Source: a bacterium (GTDB taxonomy: Bacteria > Electryoneota > Electryoneia > Electryoneales > Electryoneaceae). Taken from it: 64,000 nt of DNA. The number at the start of each line of letters is the position of its first letter. Position 1 is the first letter of the stretch. Where the stretch lies: contig OY769902.1 of assembly GCA_963669175.1 (NCBI GenBank), positions 5,088,001-5,152,000 on the forward strand, in the 5' to 3' direction. A program made the position numbers and the translations under genes. Positions 57,713 through 64,000 of the stretch are shown here, one piece after another. The notes beneath the pieces are model-generated. The model did no database searches. It saw only the letters and a program-made list of their open reading frames with translations, and was not told the origin of the DNA.

Positions 57713-59014
57713 ATGCAAAACGATACACAACAGTTTCCATTCCGTGACAACTACACGGATGAGCCCGAGTGGAGCTATAACCTCCGCAAGACGGCATGGG
57801 AGAACTATTTCCGCATGCCGGTGCCCAGTCGTGTGGACCATATCTGGAAGTATTCCGATCCAGCGGACTACCTCCCTGAATACACGGCGGACCTCTTCTC
57901 AGGATTACCGTTGGTCGCTCCAAACGGCCACAGCCTGAAACCTGAAGACCAGGCTGAATGGGCAGGCGCCATGGGGGCGACATTAGACCAGTTTTATTCC
58001 GTCACCACCCTTCCAGCAGAACTTCGTAAGAAGGGCGTGATCTTCATGGGCCTGTCCCAGGCGCTTAGGCAGCATCCCGAACTTGTTCAGGGCAAACTGG
58101 GCGGTTTGATTGCCAGCGATTTCGGCAAGATAGAAAATCTGAACCAGGCCTTCTGGAATACAGGTTTCTTCCTCTATGTCCCGGACAATGTGGTGATCGA
58201 ACGCCCCGTACATATTCAGCGGAATTTTGAAGCGCCTGTTTCCATGACACGTCTTCTGGTCATCACCGGCAGCAACAGCCAGCTAACATTGGTTGACGAT
58301 CTTACCGCCCCTGATGGAAACCCGGCTGGACAGGTGAATTCGGTTAACGAGATCTTTGCTGGCGAAAACTCAAGCCTTGACTATGTCTTCCTGCAGCGTC
58401 TCCAGAAGAACCAGAAGCTGTATTATACACACCGTGGTGAAGTCGCACGTGACGGACGCATGCGTTCTCATTTCCTGTCCCTGGGCGCGAACACGGGAAA
58501 GGCGAACATCGGCGTCACCCTTGCCGGCGAAGGCGCGGACAGCCGTTTGCAGGGATTGTTGTTCGGACATGATACACAACGGTTTGACCATCACACACGC
58601 CACCGTCATACAGCCGGAAACACCTATTCCAAGCTGGACATGAAGGTCGCGGTGCGTGACAAGGCCAACTCCGCCTACACCGGGTTGATCGAGATCGAAG
58701 AGGACGCCAAGAACTGCGAAGCGTACCAGGAAAACCGCAACCTGATCCTGAGCGAGACGGCAAAAGCGGAATCTATCCCGGAACTGGAAATCAAGAACAA
58801 CGAAGTCAGTTGCAGCCACGGGGTCACTATGGGCTCAATTGATCCGGAAATGCTGTTCTACATGCAGTCGCGAGGCCTCTTCTCAGAGGAAGCGATCCAG
58901 ATGTATGTGCATGGATTCTACGCTTCAATCATTGATGAATTGCCGGAAGCGATACGTGAACTGGCGCGCGACCTGCTGGATGAACAGATCGGTTCGAAAA
59001 GTGTTGCTGCGTAG
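57713..59014 (+). CDS. sufD: Fe-S cluster assembly protein SufD
   Basis: WKYS, QENRNLILS, SIPELEI, CSHG and FYMQSRG. Confidence 0.95.
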   Translation: MQNDTQQFPFRDNYTDEPEWSYNLRKTAWENYFRMPVPSRVDHIWKYSDPADYLPEYTADLFSGLPLVAPNGHSLKPEDQAEWAGAMGATLDQFYSVTTLPAELRKKGVIFMGLSQALRQHPELVQGKLGGLIASDFGKIENLNQAFWNTGFFLYVPDNVVIERPVHIQRNFEAPVSMTRLLVITGSNSQLTLVDDLTAPDGNPAGQVNSVNEIFAGENSSLDYVFLQRLQKNQKLYYTHRGEVARDGRMRSHFLSLGANTGKANIGVTLAGEGADSRLQGLLFGHDTQRFDHHTRHRHTAGNTYSKLDMKVAVRDKANSAYTGLIEIEEDAKNCEAYQENRNLILSETAKAESIPELEIKNNEVSCSHGVTMGSIDPEMLFYMQSRGLFSEEAIQMYVHGFYASIIDELPEAIRELARDLLDEQIGSKSVAA

Positions 59015-59055
59015 CATGTTTACGCAGAATAGCGAATCGATTCAATAGTCAACAC

Positions 59056-59330
59056 GTTCATCCCCACGAAGGTGGCTGTCTCAGAATAGAAAACACTCTC
59101 ATCCCAGCGAAGGCTGGGATCCAGGCAAGTGTCGACAATATAACAAGTTGAACACATATGCGACTTTCAATGTACTGTGCTTCTTGAGGATACTTAACCT
59201 CTTGTAATATCGCAACATGACTGGATTCCTTCCTTCGAAGGAATGAGAGTATGGGACATTCTGATACAGTCTGCTTCGCTGGGATGAAAGCACCAGTGAT
59301 TCTGAGACAGCATGGAAGGTGGGGATAAAT
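59056..59330. repeat. dRS3-like MITE/REP element, copy 2, between sufD and sufS
   Basis: 59084-59249 is colinear with 31315-31480; extra flanking TCATCCC / TCTGAGACA modules. Confidence 0.85.
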
Positions 59331-59383
59331 GCCATTTCAAATTCAGGATATTCAGCTCATTTTAACCAGAACGGAAAAGAACG

Positions 59384-60634
59384 ATGATAGAAACATTACC
59401 ACAAGCGATAAACACACTGGACATCCGTCGGGATTTCCCGATCCTGCAAAGGCAGGTGAACGGGCATGACCTGGTCTACCTGGACAGTGCGGCGACCACT
59501 CAGAAGCCGAACCAGGTGATCGATGCCATCACACGCTATTACGCGGTGAACAACAGCAATGTTCATCGCGGAATGCACACCTTGGCGTCTGAAGCCACCC
59601 AGGCATATGAAGACACACGCGAGGCGGTGACACGGTTCATCAATGCTCGTTCGTCAAAGGAAGTCATTTTCACACGTAGCGCCACAGAAGCGATTAATCT
59701 CGTGGCCTATACCTGGGGTGAGTCGAACATCAAAAAGGGCGACCGCATCCTGCTGACTGAGATGGAACACCATGCCAATCATGTTCCCTGGTTACGGCTG
59801 GCGCAAAAAAAGGATGCCCATGTCGACTTTATTTCGATTGACGAATACGGCACCCTGGTTTTGGATGATCTCGACCGGTTATTGACACCAGATACGAAGT
59901 TGGTAGCGCTTACGCATATGTCTAACGTGCTGGGTACGATCAACCCTGTGGCTGACGTCATTCGAGCGGCTCATGCCAATGGTTCTGTTGTGCTGGTGGA
60001 TGGCGCGCAGAGTGTACCGCATATGCCGGTTGACGTTCGTGAACTCGATGCCGATTTCCTGGCCTTCTCAGCGCATAAGATGCTTGGTCCGACGGGAGTA
60101 GGTGTGCTATACGGGAAGCAGGCTTTGCTTGAGCAGATGGAACCATTCAATTCCGGCGGCGAGATGATCGAGCAGGTGACCTATGACCGTGTGACCTGGG
60201 CTGAACTGCCTCACAAGTTTGAAGCGGGAACACCGAATATTGCCGGAGTCGCAGCCTTCCGTGAAGCGATCCTCTACCTCGAACAGCTTGGCATGGATAC
60301 AGTTCGTGCGCATGAACGAGCGCTGACAGAATACGCTCTGGATCGACTCGGCGAACTGGATTTCATTCGCATTGTCGGGCCACTTGATGCCGATAAACGA
60401 GGCGGCGCGATTTCCTTTGCCGGAGGTGATTTCCTGCATCCTCATGATATTGCCCAGATTCTTGATAATCACGGCATCGCGGTTCGCGCCGGACATCATT
60501 GTGCGCAGCCGTTGCACCGCAAATTCGGACTTGTCGCTACAGCACGCGCCAGCTTCTACATTTACAACACTATCGAAGAAATTGATACCCTGGTCGAAGG
60601 ACTGATCGCAGCGAAGGAGTATTTCGGGGTATGA
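59384..60634 (+). CDS. sufS: Cysteine desulfurase SufS
   Basis: YLDSAATTQKP, MEHHAN, DGAQ, SAHKM, EAGTP and RAGHHCA. Confidence 0.97.
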   Translation: MIETLPQAINTLDIRRDFPILQRQVNGHDLVYLDSAATTQKPNQVIDAITRYYAVNNSNVHRGMHTLASEATQAYEDTREAVTRFINARSSKEVIFTRSATEAINLVAYTWGESNIKKGDRILLTEMEHHANHVPWLRLAQKKDAHVDFISIDEYGTLVLDDLDRLLTPDTKLVALTHMSNVLGTINPVADVIRAAHANGSVVLVDGAQSVPHMPVDVRELDADFLAFSAHKMLGPTGVGVLYGKQALLEQMEPFNSGGEMIEQVTYDRVTWAELPHKFEAGTPNIAGVAAFREAILYLEQLGMDTVRAHERALTEYALDRLGELDFIRIVGPLDADKRGGAISFAGGDFLHPHDIAQILDNHGIAVRAGHHCAQPLHRKFGLVATARASFYIYNTIEEIDTLVEGLIAAKEYFGV

Positions 60635-61101
60635 ACGACAACCTGAGCGAAATGTACCGGGACATCATCCTGGACCATTATCGTCATCCACGTGGGCACC
60701 ACCATATCGACCACCCGGATGTCAGCAATGAGGGCAAGAATCCCAGTTGCGGCGATGAGATTAGTGTGCAACTCAAACTGAACGGCGATGTTGTCGAGCA
60801 GGTCGGTGTCCATTGCGCCGGGTGCGCAATCTCTGTGGCGTCCGGGTCCATGCTCAGTGAAGTGGTGGAGGGGAAAAGTGTCGCAGAAGTGAAGCAGATC
60901 GCGGCGGCGGTCCGTGCCATGCTGACCGGAGAAAGCGAGCTGCCGGAGGAGTTAAATCTCGGTGATCTGGACGTGCTCGAGGGTGTCAAACAATTCCCGG
61001 TACGGATCAAATGCGCGCTTCTCGCATGGGCGACACTGGTCGATGGATTGGAACAGGCGGAGCAGAAAAACAAGCAGAGCGAGGTCATTTCTACGGAATA
61101 A
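60631..61101 (+). CDS. sufU: SufU (NifU-like) sulfur-transfer/scaffold protein
   Basis: ILDHY, NPSCGD, GCAIS.AS and RIKCALL. Confidence 0.95.
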   Translation: MNDNLSEMYRDIILDHYRHPRGHHHIDHPDVSNEGKNPSCGDEISVQLKLNGDVVEQVGVHCAGCAISVASGSMLSEVVEGKSVAEVKQIAAAVRAMLTGESELPEELNLGDLDVLEGVKQFPVRIKCALLAWATLVDGLEQAEQKNKQSEVISTE

Positions 61102-61350
61102 TCGTTTACTCAATATCGGATTGTGATATTGTTGGGCGCTGATACCCGACAGCAAGCAGTCGGGCCACACGCCCCGGTACGGATCAAATGCGCGCTTCTC
61201 GCGTGGGCAACACTGGTTGATGGATTGGAACAGGCAGAACGGAAGAATAAGCGGGGCGAGATCAGTTCTACGGAATAATCGTTTACTCAATATTGGATTG
61301 TGATATCTTCTGGCGCTGATACCCGACAGCAAGCAGTCGGGCCACGCGCC
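60996..61350 (+). repeat. Diverged 177-bp tandem duplication of the sufU 3' end and 3' UTR
   Basis: 60996-61172 aligns without gaps to 61173-61349, about 90% identical. Confidence 0.95.
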
Positions 61351-61377
61351 TTTATTCCTTTTGAAGGAAGTTGGCTT

Positions 61378-62211
61378 TTAACTGCCTTTTTTCACCAGCG
61401 ATTTCACCACCCAGACCAGTCCGAACACGGCCAGTCCGGTCAGCACAATCGCAGGGCCGGAAGCGATGCCAGCGTAATAGGACACATACAGGCCGATAAC
61501 ACCTTCCATTGCGGCGAGAAGTGCGGCGAGGATCATCATCCGTGATAAACCGCCGGTTACCATGTATGCTGTAGCCGCTGGGGCTACCAGCATGGCAATC
61601 ATGAGCGTAATACCAACCGTCTGCAGCGATACAACGATTGTCAAAGCGATCAATACCAGCAACAGGAAATCCAGCACTTTCACCGGAAGCCGTAAGGTCA
61701 CAGCCAATACCGGATCAAATGATATAACCAGGAATTCCTTGTAGAACACCAGCACAATGATCAGGATAACAGCGCTAAACGCGCCTGTCAGCCACAGGTC
61801 ACCAGAAGTTACCCCGAGAATGTCGCCGAACAGAAAATGGGTAAGGTCGGTCGTATAGTTGCGGACGGTAGAAATGATGGCGATTCCCAGCGCGAACATG
61901 CCCGCGAAAATAATTCCGATAGCCGTGTCTTCTTTTAATTTCGCGTAGTGACGAATGAAACCGATTCCAATGGCGCTGAAGATCGCAGCGATCACTCCCC
62001 ACCAGAACAGCCAGCGTCGATCACCCTGGCCCAGCAGGTATCCGACCGCCACACCGGGCAGCACCGCATGGGCCAATGCGCCACCGTAGAAAGCCATTCC
62101 ACGCAGCACCACATAACTCCCGACAATGGCGCAGACCACTCCCACCATCACCGCTGCGGCCAGACCTCGCAGCATAAACGCGTATCGCAGGGGTTCGAGC
62201 AGCCAGTCCAT
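61378..62211 (-). CDS. Zn/Mn/Fe ABC transporter permease (ZnuB/MntB-like)
   Basis: VVLRGMA...ALAH..LPG, EDTAIG, LFGDIL, SFDP and PAATA. Confidence 0.93.
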   Translation of the reverse strand: MDWLLEPLRYAFMLRGLAAAVMVGVVCAIVGSYVVLRGMAFYGGALAHAVLPGVAVGYLLGQGDRRWLFWWGVIAAIFSAIGIGFIRHYAKLKEDTAIGIIFAGMFALGIAIISTVRNYTTDLTHFLFGDILGVTSGDLWLTGAFSAVILIIVLVFYKEFLVISFDPVLAVTLRLPVKVLDFLLLVLIALTIVVSLQTVGITLMIAMLVAPAATAYMVTGGLSRMMILAALLAAMEGVIGLYVSYYAGIASGPAIVLTGLAVFGLVWVVKSLVKKGS

Positions 62212-63050
62212 CACTTCTCCCCCCCTTCGCAGAAACTGTCATGGAACGCCAGCAGATCGCCATCCCCTTCACTCAGGTGCAGATGCGCGCCATAAGCTTC
62301 CAGCAGATTGTCACGGTGTAATACCTCGGCGGGAGTTCCAATACCGAAAATCTTCCGGTTCAACAACATGACCTTGCTGAACTGACTTGCGGCGGTTTCC
62401 AGGTCATGCAGGGAAACCAGCATCGGCACGCCATCATGTTCCAGCTCATGCAGGATGGCCAGGATTTCCTTCCGTGAGTTTACATCCAGCCCGGCAAAAG
62501 GCTCATCCATCAGCAGCAATTCGGCTTCTTGAGCAAGGCAACGCGCGATAAACACACGCTGTTGCTGTCCGCCGGATAACTGGTTGATACGTCGGCCTGA
62601 ATACTCCAGCATACGCACACGTTCCAGCGCGGCATGTACCTTGTCGTGATCTTCGCGCCCGGCGCGTTTCAGGAACCCGATTTTACCGGTGCGTCCCATC
62701 ATGACAACATCATGCACATTCACCGGGAAATCCCAATCCACCTGGCTGCGTTGGGGCACATACCCCACACAGATATGCGAGCCGGGATCGTTGTCAAAAA
62801 CACGAACTTCCCCACTGCTCGGATGAATCAATCCGGCCAATGATTTGAACAGGGTGCTTTTTCCAGCGCCGTTTGGACCGACGACAGCGACACGTTCGCC
62901 CGGTCGCAAAGTAAAGGAGACATGATCCAGCGCCGTTTGCCCGTCATACAGCACAGAGAGATCCTTTACCGTCAAAATCGGCACATCACCCGGATGCGCT
63001 TCATGACGGTGAAACAGGGATACACCTAGCTGTCGCCAGAATTTTCTCAT
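62211..63050 (-). CDS. Zn/Mn/Fe ABC transporter ATPase (ZnuC-like)
   Basis: GPNGAGKS, YVPQR..DWDFP, LSGGQQQR and DEPF. Confidence 0.93.
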   Translation of the reverse strand: MRKFWRQLGVSLFHRHEAHPGDVPILTVKDLSVLYDGQTALDHVSFTLRPGERVAVVGPNGAGKSTLFKSLAGLIHPSSGEVRVFDNDPGSHICVGYVPQRSQVDWDFPVNVHDVVMMGRTGKIGFLKRAGREDHDKVHAALERVRMLEYSGRRINQLSGGQQQRVFIARCLAQEAELLLMDEPFAGLDVNSRKEILAILHELEHDGVPMLVSLHDLETAASQFSKVMLLNRKIFGIGTPAEVLHRDNLLEAYGAHLHLSEGDGDLLAFHDSFCEGGEK

Positions 63051-63154
63051 CGCTCTTTCGTTAGCTTTGCCTTACGACAAGGTACAAAGCAGCATGCACT
63101 CAGGAAACAGGGAGTCATAGAAATGACGGGTCAGAAAAGAGAAGAGCGAAAATG

Positions 63155-63244
63155 GGCGAAAAATGGGACTGTGACCTTTTCATGATCACAGATGCAGATA
63201 GTAAAACATCGTTGATGAAAAGGTAACTGTACCAGATTTTTCGC
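63155..63244. repeat. About 90-bp MITE-like unit of the AAAAGGTAACWGT family
   Basis: Ends match the reverse complements of 26313-26342 (29/30) and of 26250-26281 (31/32); the spacers differ. Confidence 0.8.
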
Positions 63245-63288
63245 CTCCCGTTTATACCCTGTCTCTTACTCACATCTTCGTGTTTCTG

Positions 63289-63588
63289 CCACCCCGTGGG
63301 GGTGGGATATTTTAGCGTAGGGTAGGCGCTGTCTGTTTAGCGCCTACCCTACGAAAAAGATCAAACCTCATATCAACCCTGAAAGGGTTGCATAAAGTAT
63401 AATTGATACCCAATTGATTTATAAAGGATATAAATTACGTTATTACCTGTAATAATTGAATAAACTAATATTGACTGCTCATTATGCAACCCTTCCAGGG
63501 TTGATTGTTCGTTAGAAATCCTGACATAGTGTACAGGCCAAACAGACGGCCTGTACACTATGCTAAAATAGGGAATCCCGCCGGGATT
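63289..63588. repeat. Back-to-back pair of three-hairpin REP-like units around an AT-rich spacer
   Basis: Perfect 15-bp stems at 63316-63353 and 63525-63562, both with an AAACAGAC loop; CAACCC..GGGTTG inner hairpins. Confidence 0.85.
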
Positions 63589-63936
63589 CTAAAAATACGA
63601 TGTCCACAATCCTTTTGCTGATAAAGCTTTCAGAGGATGTGGGTAAGAGACAGCGTTTATACCAGCGTCACAGCAGAATGGTCCTGAACTGGCAAATGCT
63701 GGTACAGCCACCTTCTCGCAATATATCTTCCTAAAGGGTCAAGAATTATGCGCGTTAATCAAGCCTGATTAACAGTCTTTGGCGTATCTTTTGGCGAAAA
63801 GTGTGGCAGTCCCCATTTTCCGACCTTTGCGAACTATCCTGCACATCCTGTGAATTCAGCATGAGGGCTATGGCATTTCTCGGATTTTCGTGCTACAATC
63901 TGGAGTCATATCTATTTCTTCCTGAAGAGGTACACC

Positions 63937-64000
63937 ATGTTCACATCCTTGACGCCCTCGAGAAAGCTACTGTTTTTTCTTTTCTTAGCTATAGCCTCAG
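63937..64000 (+). CDS. 5' end of a probable exported protein (truncated by the window edge)
   Basis: GAGG RBS, then MFTSLTPSRKLLFFLFLAIAS, which resembles a signal peptide. Confidence 0.5.
   Translation, partial: MFTSLTPSRKLLFFLFLAIAS

Noticed and set aside
60996-61350. Diversity-generating retroelement TR/VR pair (a near-identical repeat at a gene 3' end, plus an Avd-fold gene in the window)
   Set aside because: Mismatches are not confined to adenines of one copy: A/G changes go both ways, and C/T and T/G changes occur. They are mostly synonymous, no reverse transcriptase is present, and the four-helix gene is 53 kb away.

Overview
Bacterial chromosomal window. Three secreted proteins with Por/T9SS-type C-terminal tails (xPNPxNx motif), the yajC-def-fmt-rsmB-PASTA-rpe block and a triple PPIase/SurA cluster suggest an FCB-superphylum lineage, probably anaerobic (inference). 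Contents in order: (i) a minus-strand energy operon encoding a P-loop ATPase, a four-subunit Vor-type 2-oxoacid:ferredoxin oxidoreductase and a NuoE/NuoF/short NuoG-like (HydABC/Bfu-type) flavin-FeS module with no catalytic subunit, interrupted by a four-helix-bundle gene cassette and a CapK/PaaK-like adenylating enzyme; (ii) housekeeping, envelope and signalling genes; (iii) secreted proteins, an MFS pump, MscS, a CcdA-thioredoxin fusion, cyclophilin and a HEAT-repeat protein; (iv) a TetR-TolC-HlyD-ABC efflux operon; (v) an Rrf2-sufCBDSU operon and a metal ABC ATPase/permease pair. I recognised no tRNA, rRNA, CRISPR array, integrase, transposase or reverse transcriptase. The intergenic DNA is rich in structure: inverted 7-8-nt tandem-repeat arms in operon junctions (one pair enclosing the four-helix-bundle gene, one empty pair, one single arm), at least four families of dispersed palindromic repeats (two with covarying stems), a diverged 177-bp duplication of the sufU 3' end, and a candidate rod-shaped ncRNA. 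All family calls come from motif recognition, not database searches.
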